From NCBI RefSeq assembly GCF_001447785.1, contig NW_015163130.1, positions 354,814 to 418,813 of the forward strand: a stretch of DNA of 64,000 bases. The letters run 5' to 3'. Each line of letters starts with the position of its first letter. The stretch's first letter is position 1. This document shows, piece by piece, positions 1-11,260 of the stretch. Below the pieces are notes generated by a model, which did no database searches, was not told the origin of the DNA, and was given only the letters and a program-made list of their open reading frames with translations. This DNA is from Gekko japonicus. Taxonomy: Eukaryota. Both the position numbers and the translations under genes were made by a program.

Positions 1-197
1 CATCCAGTGATGGCAGGGAGTGTGGCCTTATGACACACTTTCGGGGATGGCAGGGGGTGTGGCCTTATGACACACTTCCGGTGATGGCAGGGGGTGTGGC
101 CTTATGTCACACTTCCGGTGATGGCAGGGGGTGTGGCATATGCTAATGAGTTGTGCTAATGAGTTCCCCTAGCTCTTTTTCTATGAAACGACCCCTG
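1..197 (-). mobile_element. Terminus of a non-autonomous DNA transposon (hAT-like) with ~37-40 bp subterminal tandem repeats
   Basis: Repeated gtgatggcaggggg(t)gtggccttatgacacacttccg units end in ...ctatgaaacgacccctg. The same terminus recurs at 7447-7600, 22320-22465 and 43284-43410. Confidence 0.6.
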
Positions 198-825
198 ACT
201 GGGGCTTTCCTTGTTCATTCTTTCTTATGCTGCCCAATAGTTCCTCCTGAGCATAACAAAAAGCTGCCATTTGCTGATTGGGAAAAGTAGTTTCCTCGGT
301 ATTTCTTCTTCAACCCTCTACCACCTTTGATCTCATTTTGAGAAAGCCCAGAGGAACAATGAGAAAATCATGGAAAGACAACAAACAGACAACAATGTTG
401 TGAGGAAGCCTGGAGAAAAATCACTACAGTTTGGCACCCACATTGCCGTATGGAAATACCCAGTGAGTGTTTCTGTGTGTTCATTTACAATGGATTCCTG
501 TCATTCCAAGGGGACATGGTGTGAGTGCTAAGAGCCAGATTGGCCTGATAGACAACCCACTTGGATATGTACACTGATTCAAAAAAAGGTTCCAGAAGTT
601 TTTGTGAGACTTGGAACACACAGTGGTGCTTCCTTGGGAGTCACTAAAGAGAGCAAATAAGCAGCAAAACAAGAGTTTAGGAAAATGCTGCAGTTTGGCA
701 CTCAAACTGAAAGAAAACTTCCATGTGAAAGATCCCAAATTGCGTGCAGGGAAAAGGATGTGGGGATATGTGGGTCAGCTTTGCAGTGGCTGGTCTAATT
801 TCTCCATGGTCAGGGACAAAGGGTA

Positions 826-2070
826 GAGTTTGGGGACAGGACATCACCATGTTACCTCTTCCCTGTGTTATTTAATATCTATATGCACCCCCTTGCCCAG
901 GTTTGGGCTGGGTTGTCATCAGTATGCTGATGACACTCAGCTGCATCTGATGATGGATGGCTGTCTGGATACTGCCCCAGACATTCTGGCTGAGGGCTTG
1001 AATGCTGTGGCTGCGTGGTTAAAGCAGAGCCAACTGAAACTGAATCCAGCAAAGACCAAGGTCCTGTGCTTGGGTCGTGGGGTGACTGAACCAGGGATCC
1101 CGCTCTCAACACTGGATGGGGCGCCGCCGCTAATACCTGCACTAGTGGTAAAGAGCTTGGCTGTGGTCCTGGATTCCTTACTTTCCATGGAGGCCCAGGT
1201 CACAGCAGTTGTAAAATTTGTATTTTTCCATCTGCGGCAGGTAAGGCAACCTTCCCTCTGTGACCTAGCTACAGTGATCCATGCAATGGTCACCTCCAGG
1301 TTGGATTAGTATATCTCACTCTATGCAGGGCTACCCTTGAAACCGCTCTGGAAGCTGCAGCTGGTCCAAAATGCAACAGCCTGTGTCCTTACAGGGACAT
1401 CCCTAAAAGCACATATACACCTGGTGCTTCACCAGCTGCATTGGCTACCAGCTGAATTCTAGATCAAGTTCAAGGTCTTAGTTTTTATATTTAAAGCCCT
1501 ATGTGGACTGGGACCAACATATCTGCAGGATACTCTCCCTCTATGCAGCCCCTGAAGGGCTCTGCACTCTTCCACCCAACATCTACTGGTTGTCCCTGGC
1601 CCCAAAGTTGTCCACCTAACCTCAAACAGAGCCAGCCAGAGCGTTTTCGGCTCTGGTGCCAGCCGGGTGGAACACCCTCCCTAGTGAGATCTGGACCCTG
1701 CAAGATTTAATGCATTTCCACAGGGCCTGTAAAACAGAGATATTCCACCAGTCCTATGGTTGAGGAGGTGACAACTCAACCACAATGGCCTCCCCCGGCC
1801 CCGCACTGCTTAGCTATGCACCTCAGCTGCTTACTCACCCACCCACTCTTCCTGTACTGCTCAGATATGCAACTATATCAAAACTGGAACCTCATCCTGT
1901 TCACTAAATTGTTTAACTGGCACCTCTTAAGGTTTTTATATGTACAAATTGTTTTTAATTGTTTCATGATTGTATTCTGTTTTAAATTTTGTATGGTTTT
2001 AAGAATATTGTGACCTGCCCTGAGCCTGCTTGCAGGGCAGGGTGGGATGAAAGCCAAACAAAATAAATAA
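826..2070 (+). mobile_element. L2-clade LINE, 5'-truncated, degenerate reverse-transcriptase C-terminus plus 3' tail
   Basis: ORF 830-1309 contains CHQYADDTQL (YADD RT motif), LKLNPAKTKV and VTSRLD. Downstream KLQLVQNA and LHQLHWLP motifs are broken by stops and frameshifts. Ends in an aaataaataaat tail. Confidence 0.85.
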
Positions 2071-2818
2071 ATGGATGGTTAGATAGGCCAGGATAGAGTT
2101 GATTCTGGGCTCTGTACACACATGACATCCCCTCCTCCACTCGCCTGCTTTTAAATAAGGCGAGTCATAATAGTTGCATCTGGATTTATATTCCTCTTCT
2201 GGCATACATCCCTATTAGAGCAGATATTAAAGGCATGTGACCTCCTGACTTGGCTGGTCTGAATCCAAGCTAAAGCCAGAAGTTTCTAATTTTGCAAGCC
2301 AAAAGGTTTACAGGCGACTGGAAGTTAGCGGATGTATCATGTAAATGTGGTCTATTATCTGCTATCAAGGTTTACTTTTACTCAGAGACGCAGTTTGCTC
2401 AAGAGAGATTACACTGTTGCTTCCAGGAATACTAAACAGCAGACACTAAAAATGCACAAGTAGTCATTGCTTATTCCTCTGGCAATTGATTGCTTTGATG
2501 AGAGATCTTTCAGCTCAACAGTGTTTCAGGGGGCTTGGTCAGCTGCAGCAGAAAGTGGAAGTGGGTAACTTATACCCTGCAAAGTCCACTTGTGGATGGA
2601 CACGCCACAGCATAACATGGAGTTAGGCCCCACCTTTCAGAAAGAGGCTTCAGGTGGCCAAGGAGGAGCCTGAAAGCTGGGCATTCTGAGGACCTGAGAG
2701 GACTAGCCAGCTTTCAACAGTAGACACCAAATAAGGAGACACTGAATCCAGACTTTGGTGATCTCTTCAGCAAATGTCTGCAAATAATATAATCCAGACA
2801 ATGAGACTGTGTACCTGG

Positions 2819-3166
2819 TAGGGTTGCCATATTCCTGCTGGGAATGGGAGACCTCCTCGCCATGGGCCTTTCCTACCATTCTTCAGCTTGGTAGCAGGAG
2901 AAAAATGGAGGGAGAATGGGTGTGTGTGTGTGTGATCACTGGCCTCCTGAAGTGCTGATGTCATTTCCAGTGTGACTGGAAGTGCCATCATCACATTGCT
3001 GGTGAAACTGTAGTGTTCAGTCAAAATGCTTTGCATAAACCATAGAGTATGGGCCGAGTGCTAGAACACTGCCACTGATGTGATGACATCATTATGTCTC
3101 CAGTGAGCCGCCCCTTGCCCAATGATGAGTCACCTGGCAGTTGCCAGTCTTGTGCTGGCTATCCTA
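2819..3166. mobile_element. MITE with TAGGGTTGCC-type terminal inverted repeats (long variant)
   Basis: Starts tagggttgcca and ends tggctatccta, with an imperfect internal palindrome. Confidence 0.55.
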
Positions 3167-3178
3167 GGGGCTGTTGAC

Positions 3179-3414
3179 AAGGGTTTGCCAACTTTTGGTG
3201 GGGGAATTCCTGGAGATTTGGAGGTAGGACATGGTGAGGGCACTGGGGAAGGGAGGGAGCTGGGGACACTGGGGAAGGGAGGGAGCTCAACAGGGATGTG
3301 ATGCCAGGACCCTCTCCAAAGTTATCATTTTCTCCAAGGGAACAGATTTCTGTAGTCTGGAGATGTTGTAATTTCATGAGAACTCCAGGCCCCACCTTGA
3401 GGTTGGCAACCCTT
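3179..3414. mobile_element. ~220-bp hAT-type MITE (TAGGGTTGCC...GGCAACCCTA family)
   Basis: Same body (cctggagatttgg...cattttctcca...ggttggcaaccc) as the copies at 36543, 45212 and 56184. Confidence 0.7.
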
Positions 3415-4714
3415 GCTGGCTCACCCCAAATATATCTGAGTGGGCTGTGTTTGCTCATCTAAATGTACCAAATGGGTGTCTACATAAGACCAAACTAGAT
3501 GATACAAGGGAAATATGGATCTCCCAACTCCATATATTCCTCATTATATTTTTGAAGGGACAGGAGACTGGGTATTTGCATGGGAAAACCAGTAAATGTA
3601 TGTACCCCACCCTTGCATTTCCCATTATTTTGACATATGTCAGGATGAGAGCATATGTTTGCTGAAATAATGTTATTTGGGGTTTTGGTGGTCATGAGAC
3701 TGTTCTGCACGTGCACAGAATCATTCTTTTATTATCCCCCATAGGTAATAAGCTCTAACTTAGAAATCAAACTCTGGGGCCAGACCTTAGTAAGAACCTG
3801 TTTCAAATCACACATTTTCAACAGAGTAAAGTGGCTTGTAGAAGCAGAGGAATGTTGGCTCTTGCCTTGGAGTGGAGAAGCAATTTCCAAAACATCGGTG
3901 GGAAGTTGGGAATCCTTGGAGACACAAAGCTGGCTGCTCAGGAATACTTTAGAAAGCCTGCAAAACATGTGGAAAGTTGTTGCAGGCTCAGAGTAGAAAT
4001 TCCCAGAGCGGCTGCATGTAGGAAAGCATTATCCTCCAAGGTTGTGGATTTAACTCCTGTGTGGCATGCAGACTGCAAGGAACTTGGAAAACACCTTTGC
4101 CTAATCCTCTTTGCAGTCATCCCTGGGTAGCCTTTAGTAAGGCTAGGCTCCCTTAGATGAGAAAGAGGGCTACGCTGTACATTTAAATCAGCTTCATTAT
4201 CTGGGGCTCTCACACAGAACCCAGGGGGATTCTGGTCTTGTGTGTGCGCCCTTTGTTGGAGATCTCTGGTCATGTCACAGAACTTTACTTCCCAGAGTTC
4301 TGTGGCTGGTAGCCATTGCAGTGAAACAGCTTTATATTGCATCTAAGCTCCCCCCACCCCCCCATTTTTTACTTTAAGGAGCAGTTCTTTATTTAGAATT
4401 AATAGAAAGGAAGAGATGCCTGATAACTGCTAAAAGCTAGTTTAATACCTTAGAAGGATGGTATAGCCTAATAAAGTCCTGGTAATTTTCTAACATGTGC
4501 AAGATATAGTTTTCTTATGGTCTCACAACTTGTTCTTTATTTGGGAGCTCATCAGATGGAAACCCTGTTTGAAACTGGGTTCCTGTGTGCTAGGGTATGT
4601 ATGTGTGTAATGGGGGAGGAGTTCAACTAGAGGTTAAGAAAGGAGTGTAGAAGGGCTGCAGCAAGCTCAGGCAGACCAAAGTCCCCATTTTATTTTCCAC
4701 CTGGAAGGAATACT

Positions 4715-4978
4715 ATTTATTTCTATTTCTGTCCCGCTCTCCCTGCAAACGGGCTCAGGGCGGGTTACAAAGTCACACAGTCTCAACAACAATAGGTAAA
4801 TAATGAAAACAATAATTTAAAACAGTAATAGAAACAGCAGTCAGGCTTCATGTTGCTATACTCAGTTTAAGCTGATCATAGAGGGAGCGATTTCAGTAGG
4901 GGAGGTCAGAGATGGATTTTGGATGTCCGCCGCCTCAACTGAAATCCGGCAGAACAGCTCCGTTTTACAGGCCCTACT
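4715..4978 (-). mobile_element. L2-clade LINE 3' end fragment
   Basis: Reverse complement resembles the 3' end of the 826-2070 element (agggcctgtaaaacggagctgttc...cgccctgagcccgtttgcaggg...aaataaat). Confidence 0.6.
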
Positions 4979-6585
4979 ATGCATGATGGGGGGGGGGGGG
5001 GCCCCAGGGGGCCTCCCAATTGCCCTAATTGCATCTCTGTGCCACTGCCATAAAAAGGCTGCACCAGTTGAATTTCTATAGTATAACCCATTAAAAGGCA
5101 CAAGACCCTTGCTAGAAGGAAGGTGATAAGTCTAATAACTGAACCAAAGAAAGTGGGTCTCCGTACTGGCTTTGTCCCTGAATGAGGGTCTTCTGTCGAC
5201 TCTGCCTGGAACTTTTCCGGCCACTGAAATGGCTTGGGCCCTGTCCAACTGATCACCTGCCTACTTAGTATGTGCATAGCATGTCAGCATTTAAAGTACT
5301 TTGCATACATTATCTCAGTGATCCTTGCAACAGGCATGTAAGGTCAGCCAGTATTATCCATTCCTTATTGCTGATGTGGCAGGGATGGGTAGGTAGGCTG
5401 AGTCTGGCTTGCCAAAGACACCTCACCCGCAGTGGACTTCTTGACAAAAGTGAGATTTGAACCAAGGATTTCTGGGGCACAGTTAGTGGTTTAAACTACT
5501 CCACTTACACCCTCCTGTCACTTGCCTCATGTTTTATTATGACTGAAAAGAAAGGGAAACATCCCGTTAACACTAGCATCTGTTCACCTAGTTTGAACGT
5601 CATTACGTAAGAGCCGTTCTCCGTTGTTTATGGAACGCGCTTCCCCAAGTGTTTACCAGTCCTATTTCTTTTGCGGGCAGGCAATAGGTGCCGGGGTTCA
5701 GTTCAGGGTATTTCGATGTACCGAGATTTAATTTGGGGGGATGCTCGGTATTTTCAAATATAAAATAGTTCAAAATACTTTTACTGGCCATGTTGTTTTC
5801 TAGGTTTTGCTTCCATGATATCACTTAAGCCTGTAACGGAACCTTGAGAACTGGAAACAGGGCAGAAAGAAGGCGTCCTCTGGAATCCAAATTCTCAGAG
5901 CCTCCATGCCAATTTTCCATCAGAGTTGAGGACCAACCTTGATCATAAGACTAATTGGCATTTGGGTCTCATCTTGGCACAAACAGGGCCCTTTAAGGAC
6001 CTTCTGCCAGGATCCAGATTCGGATGAGACTGTAAAAAAGCAGGGAGGCTCCTTGGCCGTGATGCTCATAACAGTTAATTCTATAAATAACTTATCTTGA
6101 CCATGGAAACATTTTGTTCCTTTAAACCAATTTGGGATTTTTTTGTTTTGTTTTTCCTCAAACATCCTTCTCAGCACTATGTAGGGCTCTCTTCCCATGC
6201 TGCATTTCAGAGTTGTTTATCAGCCAGCTGAAATGCACGCACTTATCTTTTAAACAAACAGCAAGGTCCCAAGAAATGGTCAGTGTGGTATTAGGGAAGG
6301 AGTGAGGTTATGGCCAACCAGTGACCTCAGCTTTGCTGGAGGATATTATTTCTGCCTCCCTACAGGAGCTCTCACCATGGGCAGAAATCCAGCTGGATAT
6401 CTTGTTGTCCATCAGTTGAATTTCTGTCTGTCACCAAGCTCTCAGAATCAGCTTGGACTGCAAATTGTGGTAGTCTGTCTTAAAAGCACAGGGGCCCTGC
6501 CAGGGAGGGGAAAAAAATTACATCTCTGGTAGCTAAGCGGCAAACATATGGCTTTTCTACTATCATGGCTTGCCCACAAAGTGTT

Positions 6586-6767
6586 AATGTTGCCAACTGC
6601 CTGGAGAAAAAAATGTCCTATCCTTTTAACAGAGGCTCAATGAGATGTAATTTACCAGATGGTGTCATTTACCTCCATGCCACGAAAAGCTTCAGCTGCC
6701 TGTTTCTACCCATGAAGTCTCTGTGAAAGGGCCAGGACAGTTTTCTCTATGCCTGTTGATGACCCTG
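6586..6767. mobile_element. Old fold-back MITE with long imperfect TIRs
   Basis: gttgccaactgcctggagaaaaaaatgtccta...caggacagttttctctatgcctgttgatgaccctg form degenerate inverted arms. Confidence 0.45.
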
Positions 6768-7446
6768 CAGATACTCCTGGGAACTGTAGTTTGGTAAGAG
6801 TGCAGAGAATTCTGTTAGTAGGATACTGAGGGGAGGGAAAGGCTGTTCAGTCAGTTTTAAATCACAACGTAGCCCCGCTCTCTGTTGCTAATGCCTGAAG
6901 CTCCCTCTCAGGACACTTTCAAGGTGCCTTTGTCCCCCCTTAAAATTCACGCCACCTTTCCCAGGAAACCTTGGGGCACCCCTCCAAGTCCTTCCTCCAG
7001 CTCTTCAGAAACTATGCCAGACCGTATGTAACTGTGTTTGCAAAGATTCATGGCCGGTAACCATGGCCCCTGTCTCCCCTCCGTCTAAATTCAGACTGAA
7101 AGTCCTGATTTAAACCTGATGCTGGCGAGACAGAAGAGTGACTTTGTCTGTGCCCAGTATCTCCCTCAAAACTTAGCCCTTAGCTGCTATGCATATGGTG
7201 TTATTAGTGTACCAGAGATCCACAGCCAGGGGTGATGGTGGAGGAGGGATGGCATTGTGCTGGCATAACAGTAATGCACACATAGTCACTGTGTACGCAT
7301 GTAGCTGCCCAGTTTAAACGAGGCACTCAGCGGGCAAAGTCCCATGTGAACGTTCTCTCCCGACAGAGAATTTCCTGCGTTGTGCAGGGAGTTGGCCTAG
7401 AGGACCCTGGAGGTCCCTTCCAGCTCTATGATTCTATAATTCTACG

Positions 7447-7600
7447 CAGGGGTTGTTTCGTAGAAAAAGAGCTAGGGGAACTCATTAGCATAACTCATTA
7501 GCATATGCCACACCCCCTGACATCACCAGAAGTGTGTCATAAGGCCACACACCCCGACATCACCGAAAGTGTGTCATAAGGCCACACACCCCGCCCACAA
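7447..7600 (+). mobile_element. DNA transposon terminus, same family as 1-197
   Basis: caggggttgtttcgtagaaaaagagctaggggaactcattagcat... with tandem subterminal repeats. Abuts a CR1 3' end at ~7365-7445. Confidence 0.6.
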
Positions 7601-7800
7601 CGGTCCCAGCCGCCGCCGCCGGCCTTGCAGCTCCACTACCGAGCCCCATGAAACTTACCCTCCCTCTTCTCCTGCCTCCTCTTGGCTGAATGAGGGACGG
7701 AAGCGGGGCGGCCGAAAGCAGGGGGCGGGGCTTTGTCATGTTCCCCGCCCCCGTACCTCACCCATGGGAACTGCGATCCCCCGCGATGCCCACCGAAATG
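7600..7800 (-). promoter_or_regulatory. CpG/GC-box-rich promoter-like island with minus-strand splice donors
   Basis: Three GGGGCGG/CCCCGCCCC boxes, CGGAAG ETS core and high CpG density. Minus-strand donors AGG|GTAAGT (exon end 7659) and ATGG|GTGAGG (~7762). Confidence 0.5.
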
Positions 7801-8278
7801 ACCTCTGATTCTACGACAGCATCATGGTTAAGCCCCTCAGGGCAGGGAACACTTTTGCTTACATTAAGCTGTCAAGCATCAGGACACTGATATCCATGCC
7901 AAGAGGAAGATGGTGGATGTGGCCCAGGTTTTATGGTGAGAATGTGGGAATGCTGACACATAGGAGATGACGGGTGAGGAGCAAGCCGCCTCCTGAGCCT
8001 GCAAGGGGGGACACTGGCCTGCTGCCTTCCATGCCAGGCACTGCAGAGGAAACCCAGGAAGCACATGGATGGCTCTATTAAACAGAATAAAAGAGAACAG
8101 AACTGCTCAAAAAACAACAACAAACCCCGCCCTTTGCAGCTGACAAAGAGATGCTTGTGAGCACACACTTCACAAGCGAGAAGGATGCTGTGGGTGTTCA
8201 CAATCAGGGTGATGACAGCAAAGTTTGTTCCTGCTCCTGTGTTTTTAGCAGCAGAACAAGGCACGGTCCTTTACCAGG

Positions 8279-8286
8279 TGACGTCA
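8279..8286. promoter_or_regulatory. Full palindromic CRE (TGACGTCA)
   Basis: ggTGACGTCAc read directly, ~500 bp from the CpG island. Confidence 0.4.
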
Positions 8287-8949
8287 CATCTCTCCCTGCC
8301 AGGACAAGCAGCCCCTGCTTAATTTCTGCTGTTAAAAGCTCAGAAGAAAAAAGACGGCCACCCACATTGCCAATGTGGTCTAGTGTCGGACTAAGATCTT
8401 GGAGGGCCAGGTTCTGATGCCCACTCTCCTGCGGAAGCTTGCTGGGTGACCTTGGGCCTGTCTGTTGCACACTCTCAGCTTCAACAACCTCACAGGGGTG
8501 TTGTTGGGAGAAAACAGAGGAGGACTGGGAAGAAAGGCAGAGAATAAATGAAGTAAAAAAATAATGTCTGACAGGACTTTTGTATTTCTGCAACAGCTTC
8601 AGGCCCAACAGAAAGTGAATTAGCAAAACTTTCCTGGTCAGCACCTTTATATGAAAGCAGGCTATTCCTGTTGAATTTCTGCCTGTCACATAGCAGTTGT
8701 CATGTGAACCAGCCATTTTGCTCTCTGTTGCAGATACCCTTTGTATAAACTGTGAAGGAGACGAGCAGAAAAGTCTTTCTTTGGTTCCCAAGAAAAAGCT
8801 GTTTTGTTTACCTCAGTTTTTAATGGAATGTAATTGTGCTACTTGTTTTGCATATACTGACCGGTTAGTTTTAAGTTGTTTGAAGTATTTTGTTTTCTAT
8901 TCTGATGTCAAATAAGCTGAAAATGGTCTTTTAAATAAATTAAAAGTCT

Positions 8950-9790
8950 GACATGAATAGAGGGAATGCTTATTAAATTTGCAGATGATACTAAATTGGG
9001 AGGGGTAGAAAATATGGTAGAAGACAGAGTCAGAATACAGGATGATCCTGACAGGCTGGAAAACTGGGCTTAAACAAATAAAATGAATTCACTTCAACAG
9101 GGATAAATGTAAAGTTCTGTATTTATTTAGGAACAGTGGGACAAGGTACTGGAAGGGAAGGAGACGGAGATATGGATATGCTCGGTCTCCTTCCAACCTT
9201 CATCCTATCTTAAGGCATGTTGGTAGCGCAGTAAGGAAAGGTAACCCTTCTCCGACACTGATGCTGCACAATGCCAGGACCATTAATAATAAGACCATGA
9301 CTCTGCAGAATTATTTTGCAGAGCAGCAAGAGGACCTGGAATACATGACTGATACCTGGGCAAGGGAGGGTTGAAGCTGTTGCTTTTGGGGTGGTGGTAG
9401 TGGTATATAAATCAAATCAAGTAAAAATCAAATGCATAATTATAGAATGGGGGAGACTTGTCTTGGCAGTAGTATGTGCAAAAAGGATCTAGGGGTCTTA
9501 GTAGACTATACACTGAACAGTTGTCAGCATGAGAGGGAGGGCAGGGAGGGTTGCATCAGTGCCTAGTTCTTGTGGCCCTTTCTTACATGCCCAGGGAAAT
9601 TTCAATCACCACTTTGGGGTCAGGAAGCAATTTTCTCCAGGCCATTTTGGCCAGGGATCCTGGAGAGGGTTTTTGCCATCTTTTGGGCATGGAGCAGGGG
9701 TCACTGGGGGTGTGGGAGGAGGTAGTTGTGAATTTCCTGCGTTGTGCAGGGGGTTGGAATAGATGACCCTGAAGGTCCCTTCCCACTCGA
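8950..9790 (+). mobile_element. CR1 LINE fragment (RT C-terminal part and 3' UTR), interrupted by an L2 fragment at ~9128-9420
   Basis: Translates LIKFADDTKLGG...RIQDDPDRLENW...FNRDKCKV, resumes after the insert and ends gggttggaatagatgaccctgaaggtcccttccc. Confidence 0.8.
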
Positions 9791-10284
9791 TTATGATGAT
9801 GTGTGTATGTAAAGTTCCATCAAATCACAGCCAACTAATGGCGACACCATAGGGTTTTCAACTAGATGTGTTTTGGGATTTCTGTGAAAGCTACAATCCT
9901 CTGTGCCTGTCCACCCTACAAGATATCACTTATGGACCTTTTTTTGCCTAGAGGTATGACATAAATGTAAATGATAAATAAATAAAATAGCTTACCATTC
10001 AGAACTGTTGTAAGGATTACAGAAATGCTATATGTAAAGTGTTCCGAACATTCTAAAATACTCCTTTAAGTGCTATGTATTGTTAAACAGCAACAGGCCA
10101 AATTCAGTGTCTTTCCTCACTTTTGGAAATGTTAAAAGCGATTCAGATTCAGAGCACATATTTTCTAATTGTTGCAGAGAAATCCAAAACATGAACCTCC
10201 GAAGGGAGAATTTCTTTCCCATTCACAGAGTCAAGCATCATTATCATCCCAAAATATGGTCCCACACGGTTATTAAAAATATCT

Positions 10285-10290
10285 TTTATT
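10285..10290 (-). terminator. Candidate distal poly(A) signal (AATAAA) for ADRA2B
   Basis: tttatt on the + strand within a non-repetitive AT-rich block that resembles a 3'-UTR end. Assignment to ADRA2B is inference. Confidence 0.4.
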
Positions 10291-10940
10291 TGTTAAAATA
10301 GCTTGTTAGATTTTTTTTTAAAGTAAACATCATTTGTTATATACAAGGGGGCTTGCAGGAGATCACATTCATTGAGTACACACGCCACCTTGAGACGTGG
10401 GCAGAGGCGGACCCCGCGGTTCATGTTGGCTCTCATTTCCAGCACTCCGACCATTTCGGAGGCAGCCCGGAAATCTGTCTTCTCTTTTAAATGACAGCAT
10501 AATGTTTCCTAGAGCAATCCATTCAGATCAACAAGAGAATGGTGAGCACTGCGTGAATGGTACAGTTTGGTCCACATCACATCAGGGTTGCCGGGGTGCA
10601 ACCCAGAGATTGGATGTTTACCTTTTAACAAAGCAATGAGTTCACAGCAGGAGAAACTGTGGCCATTATGTCTCCTGTTTATTCTTTCTTGGGTTTCTTG
10701 CTCACCCTTTCCAAGTCTGATGAAACAAGCAGAACTTCAGTTTTTGGCCCACAACTAGGGTTGCCAGTTGTAACCTGGAGAGTATGTGCATTTAAAAACA
10801 AACAAACAGACAAACAAAACCTCTGATCAAACAGAAGATGAGACAGCCCCTTCCTCTCCCAGGCTTTTTGTGCTTTGTCCTTCCCTATCCACAGGAGGGC
10901 AGCCACAGAGTTCTTTACTGTTACACTGGCTCCTTGCAAA

Positions 10941-11260
10941 GTGATTAACACATGGAATTCACTGCCACAGGAGGTGGTGGCAGCTACAAGCACGGACGGC
11001 TTCAAGAGGGAATTAGATAAACATATGGAGCAGAGGTCCATCAGTGGCTATTAGCCACAAGGTATAGATAGAAACTTTGGGGCAAGTGCTGCTCTGTATT
11101 CTTGGTGCCGGGGGGGGGGGAACAGTGGGAGGGCTTCTAGTGTCCTGGCCCCACTGATGGACCTCCTGATGGCACCTGGTATTTTGGCCACTGTGTGACA
11201 GTGTGTTGGACGGCATGGGCCATTGGCCTGATCCAACATTGGCTTCTCTTATGTTCTTAT
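10941..11260 (+). mobile_element. CR1-type LINE 3' end
   Basis: tggaattcactgccacaggaggtggtg (WNSLPQEVV)...ttcaagagggaattagataaa...ggcttctcttatgttcttat tail. Confidence 0.75.

Noticed and set aside
1-140. CRISPR-like periodic repeats
   Set aside because: Contiguous tandem units without unique spacers, in vertebrate DNA, and part of a dispersed transposon end.
4906-5277. 123-aa minus-strand ORF as an exon of the neighbouring gene
   Set aside because: No recognisable homology, and it runs through a G-run into an L2 fragment.
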